A stretch of 64,000 bases of DNA from assembly GCF_013315695.1 (NCBI RefSeq), contig NZ_CP054353.1, one strand, 5' to 3'. Below are positions 11,607 to 24,280 of the stretch, piece by piece. Both the position numbers and the translations under genes were made by a program. Origin of the DNA: Escherichia coli. GTDB lineage: Bacteria > Pseudomonadota > Gammaproteobacteria > Enterobacterales > Enterobacteriaceae. Below the pieces are notes generated by a model. That model worked only from the letters and a program-made list of their open reading frames with translations. It had not been told where the DNA came from and made no database searches. Positions within the stretch are counted from its first letter, which is position 1; every line of letters starts with the position of its first letter.

Positions 11607-11922
11607 TATAATAAACTTACTTTTTTATCATTTTTCCACTTTAACAACATTTTGCTCCACTTTTCCACGACCAAACAACTTGAAATCTGGTTAAAATAAC
11701 ACGCAACACTATTCTTCTTCCTTGAGTCCGCCCGGAACTCGAAAAACAAACCGAGTTAAAGCCATTTTTCACAAAATCGATTTTGGGTCTCACCAAAATT
11801 ACGGGGTTGCATACGCATTCGTTTATTTTCGAACGTGTACATACAAACATGCACAAAAATAATCAAAATTATTTTCTGAGATGCATTATGATATGAACAC
11901 CAATTTCGTATAGAGTCTCACT

Positions 11923-12513
11923 ATGTCTCGAATTTTTGCTTACTGTCGGATATCAACGCTGGATCAGACCACCGAAAATCAACGCCGGGAAATCGAAAGT
12001 GCAGGTTTTAAAATCAAACCTCAGCAAATAATCGAAGAACACATTAGCGGCTCAGCAGCAACCAGTGAGCGTCCTGGTTTTAACCGGTTGCTTGCTCGCC
12101 TGAAATGTGGTGATCAATTGATTGTGACAAAACTGGATCGCCTTGGTTGTAATGCAATGGATATCAGGAAAACAGTGGAACAACTGACCGAAACAGGTAT
12201 CAGAGTGCATTGCTTAGCATTGGGGGGCATTGACCTGACCAGTCCAACAGGAAAAATGATGATGCAAGTAATTTCAGCAGTCGCTGAATTTGAACGAGAC
12301 CTTTTACTTGAACGCACTCATTCCGGGATAGTAAGAGCCCGGGGCGCAGGGAAACGTTTTGGTCGACCACCTGTGTTAAATGAAGAACAGAAACAGGTGG
12401 TATTCGAACGGATTAAGTCAGGTGTAAGTATAAGTGCCATTGCCCGGGAATTCAAAACCTCGCGGCAAACCATTTTAAGAGCCAAAGCAAAACTTCAGAC
12501 ACCTGACATATAA
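11923..12513 (+). CDS. pinQ: serine recombinase (resolvase/invertase family)
   Basis: 196 aa; N-terminal catalytic domain with Ser in YCRISTLDQ; C-terminal HTH; position next to tail-fibre genes. Confidence 0.8.
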
Positions 12514-12740
12514 AAAATAATCTCGGTGTGAGATGCCTTACGTCTTCCAAGCCCCCTTCCTTGCCGTAAATGGAAAGATACATCTAATTATAGAATTTAT
12601 ATGTTTTACCCTACGGCAGTGCTGGCCATTCAATATCCTGTGCAGTTGACGTATCAACACGGTTCAGCAACACCCGATACTTCTTCCAGGCTTCCCGCAA
12701 CGAGGTTTCTTCCTCCGTTGCATATACAGCTCACCTTTTT

Positions 12741-13034
12741 TCACCCACGATTAACCAACAGCCAGACCAGCAGACACGCCACCACCGGCACAGCAAAATC
12801 CATCAGGCTTGCCACATCCCACGCACGCGGATCAAAACCGCCCCACCACGGCATATTCATACGCTTGCCATGCCCGAACATTTCAATCCAGCGATATTCT
12901 GCCTGGGTATGTTCACGCGCAATGAAGAACGTACAACCAGCTATCGCCCCGTAAGCCCAGTTTCCGGTAAAAAGACCAACCAGTACCTGCGCAGCCACAG
13001 CACAAAGTGCATGAAGGAAAGGTGTTATATCCAT
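12741..13034 (-). CDS. hypothetical small membrane protein (about 3 TM segments)
   Basis: 97-aa ORF with ATG preceded by AAGGAGG; three hydrophobic stretches; last gene of the stf operon. Confidence 0.45.
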   Translation of the reverse strand: MDITPFLHALCAVAAQVLVGLFTGNWAYGAIAGCTFFIAREHTQAEYRWIEMFGHGKRMNMPWWGGFDPRAWDVASLMDFAVPVVACLLVWLLVNRG

Positions 13035-13044
13035 TACGCCTCCT

Positions 13045-13749
13045 TTATCCGATATCGCTTCGGGAAACGGATAACAACTTTAATTCTGACTCAAGTTCAT
13101 CAACTCTTTCAGTCAGCTTCTGGATATGGTGAATCAGTGGAACAACCAGACGTTCGTACATTACACCTTCGGCAACAAGGCCATTGCTGGAAATGGTTTC
13201 CGGTGCATCATCTTCGTTGGCTGGTCGCCAGTGAACAAACTGAGGGGCAATTTCTCCTACTTCCTCGGCAATCAATCCATAGAATCCCCAGTCACGCCTG
13301 TCATTTTCGCATTGCGACCTGTACCACACAGGGCGCATCCTGAAAATGAGATCGGCGTGCTCTGAATCTATCGTCTCTACTGAATGTTTATAGCGGATAG
13401 ACGATGTTGACCGCAGCACAGACGAAATTGCAGGGTCAGGATTAAGATAAAGATTTGCCGCCGCTGTAGTTGTGCCCAATCCCCATAAATAAAACGCTTC
13501 ACGGCCAGTCAGCGGGTAAAAATCTCCGCCATAACGACCACTTTCCAGATCGTTCACTTCCACTTTGTTTTTCAGCTTATTATCAACTTCAGTTTTTGTG
13601 TATCTGGTGCTGATATCCTGCTTTGCACTGGCCATATCAGTCTGAAGCGTTGATACTTTTCCGTTAATAGAGGAAATATCTTCCTTTGCTTTACTAACAT
13701 CTCCCTTCAGCGTGGTGATGTCTCCCGGAATTACTGTTGATGTAGCCAT
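13045..13749 (-). CDS. tail-fibre-like protein: N-terminal coiled coil plus C-terminal intramolecular-chaperone-like domain
   Basis: 234-aa ORF; ATG with GAGG upstream; heptad-like N-terminus; C-terminal segment GFYGLIAEEV...GVMYERLVVPLIHHIQKL...LESELKLL resembles the self-cleaving chaperone domain of endosialidase-type fibres. Confidence 0.5.
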   Translation of the reverse strand: MATSTVIPGDITTLKGDVSKAKEDISSINGKVSTLQTDMASAKQDISTRYTKTEVDNKLKNKVEVNDLESGRYGGDFYPLTGREAFYLWGLGTTTAAANLYLNPDPAISSVLRSTSSIRYKHSVETIDSEHADLIFRMRPVWYRSQCENDRRDWGFYGLIAEEVGEIAPQFVHWRPANEDDAPETISSNGLVAEGVMYERLVVPLIHHIQKLTERVDELESELKLLSVSRSDIG

Positions 13750-13758
13750 TTCTCTACC

Positions 13759-14040
13759 TCACATCCAGCCACGAAGTTGATGCTCAACAGCAACCGCGTA
13801 TTCATCGAATAATGACGATATTTGCGTATCCTTAATAATGCGCACGTTTACAAAATATCCATCTTCCTTAACACATACCGGTTCGCCATCTTCAGTCAGC
13901 TCTCCGGTTTCTTTGTACACGTTACCTATCACATCAATCAGAATATCATCCTGCATCGACTCGTCATTATAATAGCCAATACTTCCCATAAAGGCCGAAA
14001 AGTCGGCCCTGTCGGCAAATTTGAGTGTTAAATCTTTCAT
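13759..14040 (-). CDS. hypothetical protein, possibly a tail-fibre assembly chaperone
   Basis: 93-aa acidic ORF; its ATG overlaps the reconstructed pre-IS1 stop of stf. Confidence 0.35.
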   Translation of the reverse strand: MKDLTLKFADRADFSAFMGSIGYYNDESMQDDILIDVIGNVYKETGELTEDGEPVCVKEDGYFVNVRIIKDTQISSLFDEYAVAVEHQLRGWM

Positions 14041-14246
14041 TAGATTGACTCCCCCATCTGAGCATCAGTCAATGCCTTGTGCCAAATACGCAGATTTCGA
14101 ACGTGTCCAAATAGGTGACGGTTGCCGGATGATGATTGACCACCAATATTAATGAAGCCTCCTGTATATTTGTGTTTTTTATAAGGAGAAAGGTGATGCT
14201 GCCAACTTACTGATTTAGTGTATGATGGTGTTTTTGAGGTGCTCCA

Positions 14247-14522
14247 GTGGCTTCTGTTTCTATCAGCTGTCCCTCCTGTTCAGCTACTGACGGGGTGGTG
14301 CGTAACGGCAAAAGCACCGCCGGACATCAGCGCTATCTCTGCTCTCACTGCCGTAAAACATGGCAACTGCAGTTCACTTACACCGCTTCTCAACCCGGTA
14401 CGCACCAGAAAATCATTGATATGGCCATGAATGGCGTTGGATGCCGGGCAACAGCCCGCATTATGGGCGTTGGCCTCAACACGATTTTACGTCACTTAAA
14501 AAACTCAGGCCGCAGTCGGTAA
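14247..14522 (+). CDS. insA: IS1 InsA
   Basis: 91-aa [26 protein letters not shown]... (zinc-finger InsA). Confidence 0.9.
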
Positions 14523-14944
14523 CCTCGCGCATACAGCCGGGCAGTGACGTCATCGTCTGCGCGGAAATGGACGAACAGTGGGGCTATGTCGGGGCTAAAT
14601 CGCGCCAGCGCTGGCTGTTTTACGCGTATGACAGGCTCCGGAAGACGGTTGTTGCGCACGTATTCGGTGAACGCACTATGGCGACGCTGGGGCGTCTTAT
14701 GAGCCTGCTGTCACCCTTTGACGTGGTGATATGGATGACGGATGGCTGGCCGCTGTATGAATCCCGCCTGAAGGGAAAGCTGCACGTAATCAGCAAGCGA
14801 TATACGCAGCGAATTGAGCGGCATAACCTGAATCTGAGGCAGCACCTGGCACGGCTGGGACGGAAGTCGCTGTCGTTCTCAAAATCGGTGGAGCTGCATG
14901 ACAAAGTCATCGGGCATTATCTGAACATAAAACACTATCAATAA
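14441..14944 (+). CDS. insB: IS1 InsB
   Basis: 167-aa ORF overlapping insA in the -1 frame, typical IS1 arrangement. Confidence 0.9.
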
Positions 14945-14954
14945 GTTGGAGTCA

Positions 14955-17228
14955 TTACCAAGGAGAAACTACCTTAGCACCAATATTACCGTTAACCACA
15001 ACACACAATTCTCGACTTTCTGTGAATCTAAAGCCGATAATGCTTTTTCTCTCTGGTCGTTCTATAACGCTTTTATATTCTATTTTAGTGCCTTTACCAT
15101 TTGTAATGATTGCGCGTGCTCCCAAAGATGTATACCCCAAATACATATAACTTTCATCTGCAATTTCAGTTGTATCTCCCGTAGTGGAAATATTAAGAAT
15201 ACGTGCGCTACCTTCTTTGTTTGGCGATTCATCCCAATTGGTATTAACTTCTGCTAATGAACTAATAGCGGGATTGCACCAATTTAGAGAAATGGGGACC
15301 GTTACAATATCGCTGGCGCGTGTTACAGGGGATGCGCCTGTTATAATAAACGATGAAGCGCATGCCCCACCTTCAACTTGAGGGGTCGCAATATAAATAT
15401 AATCATCCGCGCCAGTGCCCACTCCTTTTGCCGGGGCATACTGAACCATTCCACCTATCATATTTTCTGTATCAAGTGCCTTAATTGTCGCCTCAAAAAA
15501 GATCCATTTGCTTGCTTCATCTTTAACAGCCCTTGCAGTAATGCGATTAGCGGCACCACCCGTCTTATCAATAGATAAATCTGTCGTATTTAAGTAAGCG
15601 TCACCTAAGAATGTGTAGGTAGAACCATCATAGTTTTCAAATCGTAATCGGCATCTTAAATTTGGAGTGCCACTTTGCACCCTGCATGATATGGTTACAT
15701 ACTTTTCTCCGCCTGTTACATCAAAACCTTTACTGCCGGAAACGGTTACTATGTTAATCGCTGAAATTTGCCCTACCATTTCTGGTTTTAATGTAAATTT
15801 TGCGTACTGGAATCCGAAATCATCTACACCTGATGCACTTAAGATCATATTTGACGACTTGTTCCATTTAGTCGGATTTGTTGAATTGATTAGCAGGTTA
15901 GTTCTTTGCCCCTCAATAAGCAGGCCATCACGTTCAAATCGTGGCTCGTCAATGGCAGCCTCTGTCAGCACACCAGATTTATTAATGTAAGTTGCTTTCG
16001 ATGCGCGTTTAAACTTTACAATCTTGTCGCCAGGCATTGTTATTTCATCGTCGCCAATAACAATTTTTTTATATGATGGCGAAAAGCCCGTAATCATATC
16101 CAGTGAATCATTAAACGGTATCCACACATCGGGCAACGGCTGCAAAACTTGTTTATACGGCTCCGCTGCCTGGCTTGCATACTCTCTGGCTGCGTCTTCA
16201 CTTGCTTTAGCTGCTGTCTGGCTTGCTGCCGATGCTTGCGCCGAGTTCGCCGCCGCAGTCTCGCTCGCCTTTGCGTTGGTTTCACTGGTTTTTGCTGCTT
16301 TTTGACTGTTAGCTGATGCAGTGGCAGAAGCAGCCGCCGCGCTTGCAGAACTGGCTGCGGCACTCTCGCTTTGGGCCGCTGCATCCTGACTGCTTTTCGC
16401 CGCAGTTTCACTGGCTTTGGCATTCGTTTCGCTGGTCTTCGCTGCCGTCTGGCTGGACTTTGCGTTAGTTTCACTCGTCTTCGCAGCTTTCTGGCTGTTA
16501 GCCGCAGCAGTTGCTGATCCAGCTGCTGAAGTCGCAGAACCGGCTGCCGCGCTCTCGCTTTGGGCTGCTGCAACCTGGCTGTTTTTTGCCGCAGTTTCAC
16601 TGGCTTTGGCATTCGTTTCGCTGGTTTTCGCTGCCGTCTGGCTGGACTTTGCGTTGGTTTCGCTCGTCTTTGCGGCTGTCTCGCTATTTTTCGCGTTGGT
16701 TTCTGATTTTTTGGCTGCTGTCGCGGAGTTTGCCGATGCAGTCTTTGAGGTCGCTGCCGCCTGTGCACTATTAGCTGCATTCGTTTCTGAGGTTTTCGCC
16801 GCGTTCTTCGATGATGCCGCTGCAGTTTCGGATTTCTTTGCCGCCGCTGCGCTCTGAGAGGCGGCTTCAGCGTTGCGTGCCGCTTCTTCCACCATTTCCT
16901 CAAAACGACGCAATGCCTCCGGCATGACATCATCTTCCGTCATGGCACCGAGAAAATCATTCAGCGTACCTGGTCTGGAACCTTCATAGACGGTAATGGT
17001 TCCGGCATGTGAAGGCGGAAAACCTTCAACCAGCAGGGTGACGCTGTACTGGCCATACTCAACATCCATGCTGTAACGCCCGGCTTCATCCGGATTTTCA
17101 GAGGCCACTGTGTTGACCAGTACCGTGGTGCTGTTACGCTTTGCCTTCAGTTGAATAGTGCAGTTCTGTATTGGTTTTCCCGCACCATCTTTCAGCACAC
17201 CTGAGATTTTTACTGCTGCCATATCCAC
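14955..17228 (-). CDS. stf: side tail fibre protein Stf, C-terminus replaced by IS1 read-through
   Basis: N-terminus MAAVKISGVLKDGAGKPIQNCTIQLKA... matches lambda Stf as remembered; Ala/Ser/Thr-rich repeat shaft; stop codon lies inside the IS1 end. Confidence 0.8.
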   Translation of the reverse strand: MDMAAVKISGVLKDGAGKPIQNCTIQLKAKRNSTTVLVNTVASENPDEAGRYSMDVEYGQYSVTLLVEGFPPSHAGTITVYEGSRPGTLNDFLGAMTEDDVMPEALRRFEEMVEEAARNAEAASQSAAAAKKSETAAASSKNAAKTSETNAANSAQAAATSKTASANSATAAKKSETNAKNSETAAKTSETNAKSSQTAAKTSETNAKASETAAKNSQVAAAQSESAAAGSATSAAGSATAAANSQKAAKTSETNAKSSQTAAKTSETNAKASETAAKSSQDAAAQSESAAASSASAAAASATASANSQKAAKTSETNAKASETAAANSAQASAASQTAAKASEDAAREYASQAAEPYKQVLQPLPDVWIPFNDSLDMITGFSPSYKKIVIGDDEITMPGDKIVKFKRASKATYINKSGVLTEAAIDEPRFERDGLLIEGQRTNLLINSTNPTKWNKSSNMILSASGVDDFGFQYAKFTLKPEMVGQISAINIVTVSGSKGFDVTGGEKYVTISCRVQSGTPNLRCRLRFENYDGSTYTFLGDAYLNTTDLSIDKTGGAANRITARAVKDEASKWIFFEATIKALDTENMIGGMVQYAPAKGVGTGADDYIYIATPQVEGGACASSFIITGASPVTRASDIVTVPISLNWCNPAISSLAEVNTNWDESPNKEGSARILNISTTGDTTEIADESYMYLGYTSLGARAIITNGKGTKIEYKSVIERPERKSIIGFRFTESRELCVVVNGNIGAKVVSPW

Positions 17229-17230
17229 TC

Positions 17231-17262
17231 CACAAAAAAGCCCGCCTGAACCGGCGGGCTGT
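17231..17262 (-). terminator. putative rho-independent terminator downstream of lom
   Basis: minus strand agcccgcc ggttca ggcgggct followed by TTTTTT. Confidence 0.5.
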
Positions 17263-17286
17263 CATAACACTGTGTTACCTGGCTAA

Positions 17287-17886
17287 TCAGAATTTATAAC
17301 CGACACCAACGATGAAACCGTCAGTGCGCCAGTCGCCACTGCCGGAACCTTCATAAGCAATATCAATGGCCACGGATTCGGTCGGGTTAAACTGCACGCC
17401 AGCCCCCCATGCCAGAGACGTGTCGCTGTGGCGACCGTCATCACTTCCGGTCAGCACATCGTGCGTTTTCCCCTTGTTGTCAGTTACGCGGATATAATCT
17501 CCGGAGAAAGTCGAAACACGGCTGTAAGCCATACCCGCCATCGCATACGCGCTGAACCATTCATTCACGCGCACAGACGGCCCCACCATCACGCTGAACC
17601 AGCGGTTACGCACGGAATCTTCATGCCAGCGGGTATCGCTGTAACGGGTAAGCTGGCGATTCTTGTCTCCTGCATAGCTGAATGACGTCACCATCCCCAG
17701 TGTGTCCGTAAACTCATAACGGTATTTCACGTTAATCCCGTTCAGATCATCGCTGCCGGGAACGTTCGTCGAGGCATGAAGATACCCCGCGCTCAGCGTG
17801 GACTGATGTTCAGATGCCCATGCAGGCGCACCGGATACGGCCAGACAAATGGCTGCGGAAAAAATGGCGGCACAAACTTTACGCAT
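17287..17886 (-). CDS. lom: outer-membrane protein Lom (Ail/Lom family)
   Basis: 199 aa; signal peptide [24 protein letters not shown]; C-terminal VGVGYKF beta-barrel end. Confidence 0.9.
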
Positions 17887-17953
17887 AATTACCTCTCGCT
17901 TTTCTGCAATAAAAAAGGCGCCATTTCTGGCGCCCGTATATGGGTTATAAAAT

Positions 17954-18793
17954 TCAGCTGATACTGATGCCTGCGGTGGCTTTCTTCATCACCACAACCA
18001 GCAGATCGCTGATACTTGCTGTGGGATACCAGTCATTTACCAGCCATGCTGACACCGAAAACTCCAGCGTCATGTGACCGTGACCGGCAGGCATATCAAT
18101 AACGCCACTGTAAATCAGCGTATTATCCAGCGCGGTACGGTTATAAATTTCAGCACCGTTTTTCCGCACTATCAGACGGCATGAGGAGTAAATATCAGTA
18201 TGCTCTCTCTCATGTTTAGCGCCGCTGAATGCCACCGCCGGAATAACAATCTGCCGGTCAAACGGCTGATCGTCATAAACCCTGACGGTAATGGTCCCTG
18301 ATGGCCACCGTTCCGGTGCACGGGAGTCCCGGGGGAAAGCTTTGCCCACTGTTTTAACGAGATCGCCTTCAATCTGGTTCGCGGACAGTTTTCCCAGAAC
18401 CCGACAGTTCTCGTTAATCGTGACGTTGTTGAGCGTCCCGGAGTTCGCATTCACGTTACCACTGATATCCGCATTTTTAGCAGTCAGCTTTCCGTCCGGT
18501 GTCAGGGAAAATGCCGGTGGATTTCCACCACTGGTAATGGTGGGGGCCGTCAGGCGCTTCAGGAACACGTCGTTCATGAATATCTGGTTGCCCTGCGCCA
18601 CAAACATCGGCGTTTCATTCCCGTTTGCCGGGTCAATAAACGCGATACGATTGGCGGCAACCAGAAACTGACTCAGTTTGCCTTCCTCTGTATCCTCCAT
18701 GCTGAGGCCAATACCCGCGACATAATGTTTGCCGTCTTTGGTCTGCTCAATTTTGACAGCCCACATGGCATTCCATTTATCGTTGGCATCCTT
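17954..18793 (-). pseudogene. tail tip/host-specificity protein J, C-terminal about 280 codons only
   Basis: reads ...[40 protein letters not shown]...[12 protein letters not shown], lambda-J-like C-terminus; upstream part replaced by IS end at 18794. Confidence 0.8.
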
Positions 18794-18801
18794 TGTAGTG
18801 G

Positions 18802-21704
<2,903 letters not shown>

Positions 21705-21723
<19 letters not shown>

Positions 21724-22127
21724 TTTCCCGCAGAAACAGGCTCTGCAGGCCCGGCGTCATCTGCCTGTTCAGGGGCATTATTCACCACAAACTCAGACAT
21801 TCCGGACAGACGTAACACCACGTTTTCAGCCTGAGCAATTGCCTCCGTGGGCCAGGTGGTAAGCACTTCCTGCTCAATCTGCGTAATGGCTTCATTCATG
21901 GACGGCAGCTTTGTCTTCTGCGGATGGTTATGCCACAGAGACATCGCCACCAGAAACGCCCCGCCTCTGATAAGATCCTCTACAGACACCTGCAGGTTGC
22001 CGCTGGATTCAGCCTTTTTTTCCTGCTCTTTCAACCAGGCAAGATGCTCAATACGCTGCAGGGCTGACAGTTCAGAAAGCGTGACGGTCACGCCGTTATG
22101 TTCAAATGATTCTGTTTTCAGGAACAT
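21705..22127 (-). CDS. G: tail assembly chaperone G
   Basis: 140 aa; MFLKTESFEHNGVTVTLSELSALQRIEHLA...; overlaps T. Confidence 0.9.
21723..21729 (-). promoter_or_regulatory. programmed -1 ribosomal frameshift slippery site GGGAAAG (G to G-T)
   Basis: heptamer GGGAAAG on minus strand at the G/T overlap. Confidence 0.75.
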
Positions 22128-22142
22128 CGCTGACTCTCCGGA

Positions 22143-22883
22143 TTAACTGGCGGTGACGGTGATTTCTGCAACCGCAGCAAACTCACCATTACCGGATACA
22201 ACCGGAATGTTGACCTTGCCTGCAGCAACGCCGTTCACGGTGATGGTCATACCACTGACCGACACGGTGGCTTTTGTTTTATCCGCTGACACCGCACGGA
22301 AGCTCTTGTCGGTTGCGCCTTCCGGCTGGAAGGCCACGGTCAGCGTGGTGCTCTGCCCTTTCACTACGGAAGCACTGGCTGGCGTTACCGTCATGCCGGT
22401 GGCCGCTGTTACCGTGCTGCGATCTTCTGCCATCGACGGGCGTCCCACATTGGTGACCTTCACCGTGCGGGTGATCACTTCCTTCGCCGTCACCGCTTTA
22501 CCGATACTGCTGACCCAGCCACGGAACACATCGACCGTGCCGTTCGGGAAGCGGATTTTATAGGCACGGGTATCACCTTCATTAAACCACGCCAGCAGCG
22601 CCTGCTGCCCCTGCTCTCCGGGCATCCACGCCAGCGTGAAGCTGGTATCTCCGGCTGATTTCTGCCCCTGCCCGGTCGCAGTCCAGTCCGCATCCTCATC
22701 ATCGAGATAACTGTCGTCATAGGACTCAGCGGTCAGTTCGCCGGGCGTCAGGTCTTTAACTTTTGCCAGACGCGACCAGTCAACGTCTGAAAGCGGGTTC
22801 GCATAAGGGTCACCGCTCCCCTTATAAACCCACAGGGTGGTCCCGGCACCTTTCACCGGCATTACAGGATTTGGTACAGGCAT
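22143..22883 (-). CDS. V: major tail protein V
   Basis: 246 aa from [36 protein letters not shown]... Confidence 0.9.
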   Translation of the reverse strand: MPVPNPVMPVKGAGTTLWVYKGSGDPYANPLSDVDWSRLAKVKDLTPGELTAESYDDSYLDDEDADWTATGQGQKSAGDTSFTLAWMPGEQGQQALLAWFNEGDTRAYKIRFPNGTVDVFRGWVSSIGKAVTAKEVITRTVKVTNVGRPSMAEDRSTVTAATGMTVTPASASVVKGQSTTLTVAFQPEGATDKSFRAVSADKTKATVSVSGMTITVNGVAAGKVNIPVVSGNGEFAAVAEITVTAS

Positions 22884-22890
22884 AGCGTCC

Positions 22891-23286
22891 TCACATTTCA
22901 TAGGTAATGACATAAGTCAGATCGGCTGAACTCCACAGGCCCGCATCATCGTCGCGCCGGTAGTCATAGCCACTGGCCACCATACTGGTGATCAAATCTG
23001 ACAGTGCCGGGATATCGCTCATCACCGGATAAATCCGGGACTCCATCCACGAATCCAGCTCTGAATCCGGCACCTGAGCAGGCAGGAAAACTTCAATATG
23101 CAGCTCCGCCTGCCAGGTATCGCTGTCCAGCTCTTCGCCCGTGTATTCAGCGCCGGTGAGATAAACGGCAATTGCCGGAAAATCTTCCTCATCAAAAACA
23201 GCGGGGCGACCATCAAAAAGCGTCGCCCCGGTGTCATGCTTCTCCAGTGCATCCAGTACGGCTGCACGGAGTTCAGTATGTTTCAT
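22891..23286 (-). CDS. U: tail terminator protein U
   Basis: 131 aa; [22 protein letters not shown]... Confidence 0.9.
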   Translation of the reverse strand: MKHTELRAAVLDALEKHDTGATLFDGRPAVFDEEDFPAIAVYLTGAEYTGEELDSDTWQAELHIEVFLPAQVPDSELDSWMESRIYPVMSDIPALSDLITSMVASGYDYRRDDDAGLWSSADLTYVITYEM

Positions 23287-23861
23287 CGCTTTATTACCAT
23301 TCTCAGTTGATGCTGCAGCGCATAGCCCAGCTCTTTCGGAAGACGCTCACGCCGTATCCGTTCAATATTCTGTTTAAACGCCGTGGTCAGTGGCACCGCC
23401 ATCGGGATTTTCACCACATCAATGGGGTAACGGTTTTTCCCGGCCACACGCTGCATGACATGCCACCGGCCATTTTTCAGTTGCTGAATAAACGCGCCGG
23501 GAATACGACGGTTTCCCACCACAAGCACGCTGCCGCCACCTTTCAGGGATGAACGCTGCCCCTTTTTACGACGCCTGCGTCGGGACAGGACAACCCGCGC
23601 ATTACCCAGCTTGATTACGGGCAAATCCCCCCGGTTAACCTTGATTCTGGCCTGCGGATTTTTAACCGTGGCCCTTTTCAGCCTGGCCCTTTCCTTTACC
23701 AGTTTCCGGCGTACCTTTGTCTCACGGGCAACCTGTGACGCCGACTGCGATATCGCGGATGAAGCAACGCGGTTAATGGCCATTGCGGCGGCACCAGGCA
23801 CCGCCGTTTTGCTGATACGGCTGAGGTTTTCAACGGCCTGCTCAAGACCCTGTATGGCCAT
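23283..23861 (-). CDS. Z: tail completion protein Z
   Basis: 192 aa from MAIQGLEQAVENLSRISKTAVPGAAAMAINR... Confidence 0.85.
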   Translation of the reverse strand: MAIQGLEQAVENLSRISKTAVPGAAAMAINRVASSAISQSASQVARETKVRRKLVKERARLKRATVKNPQARIKVNRGDLPVIKLGNARVVLSRRRRRKKGQRSSLKGGGSVLVVGNRRIPGAFIQQLKNGRWHVMQRVAGKNRYPIDVVKIPMAVPLTTAFKQNIERIRRERLPKELGYALQHQLRMVIKR

Positions 23862-23917
23862 ACATCCCCCTTTCAACGGCCTGCTCAAGACCTTTTATGG
23901 CCATACATCCCCCTTTC
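23832..23917. repeat. 43-bp tandem duplication (2 copies, 2 mismatches) spanning the RBS, start codon and first 10 codons of Z
   Basis: AACGGCCTGCTCAAGACCCTGTATGGCCATACATCCCCCTTTC then AACGGCCTGCTCAAGACCTTTTATGGCCATACATCCCCCTTTC. Confidence 0.8.
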
Positions 23918-24269
23918 AGCGGCGACGGTTAACGGCAGGCGGAACGCCACGCCCAAGCCAGAGATGACAGCTTCCGCCATCATCCGGCGATACCCGGTCT
24001 ATCCAGAAGTTTTCCTCACCGATGGTCAGCGTGTCTCCACGCCGCAGCTGCCGCACCTCATCAGTCCGGACAAACAGGGACGGGCTGGAGCCTTCAACGC
24101 GCACGCCCTGTCCGGCATAGCTGATATTTTCAGGGTCATCAAAAACACCACGTATTACTGCGCCGGACTGCTCACCGGATGTCATGGTGGCTGACGTTCC
24201 CATGTACCCGCGTATCGTTTCATCGGCGCGGGCAATGGCAGCATCGAACAGGTTATCGAAATCAGCCAC
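23916..24269 (-). CDS. FII: head-tail joining protein FII
   Basis: 117 aa; MADFDNLFDAAIARADETIRGYMGTSA... Confidence 0.9.
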   Translation of the reverse strand: MADFDNLFDAAIARADETIRGYMGTSATMTSGEQSGAVIRGVFDDPENISYAGQGVRVEGSSPSLFVRTDEVRQLRRGDTLTIGEENFWIDRVSPDDGGSCHLWLGRGVPPAVNRRR

Positions 24270-24280
24270 AGCGCCTCCCG

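Larger units (their letters stand above)
14192..14959. mobile_element. IS1 (768 bp)
   Basis: ends GGTGATGCTGCCAACTTACTG...CATTACC; insA and insB inside; 9-bp target duplication AAGGAGAAA at 14183..14191 and 14960..14968. Confidence 0.9.

Noticed and set aside
11700-12740. Recombinase crossover sites (inverted repeats) flanking an invertible segment next to pinQ
   Set aside because: Only short partial matches found by eye (for example ctcggt-containing motifs near 11750 and 12525), and all fibre-related genes are on one strand, so an active invertible segment is not supported; left as a hypothesis within the cargo finding.
16100-16900. Possible CRISPR-like repeat array
   Set aside because: Repeats are in-frame coding repeats of stf with no unique spacers; no cas genes anywhere in the window.
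16094-16933. 279-aa Arg/Gln/Pro-rich ORF on the minus strand and 146-aa Ala/Phe-rich ORF on the plus strand
   Set aside because: Both lie entirely inside the repetitive shaft-coding part of stf in alternative frames; their low-complexity composition is what out-of-frame translation of Ala/Ser/Thr repeats gives.
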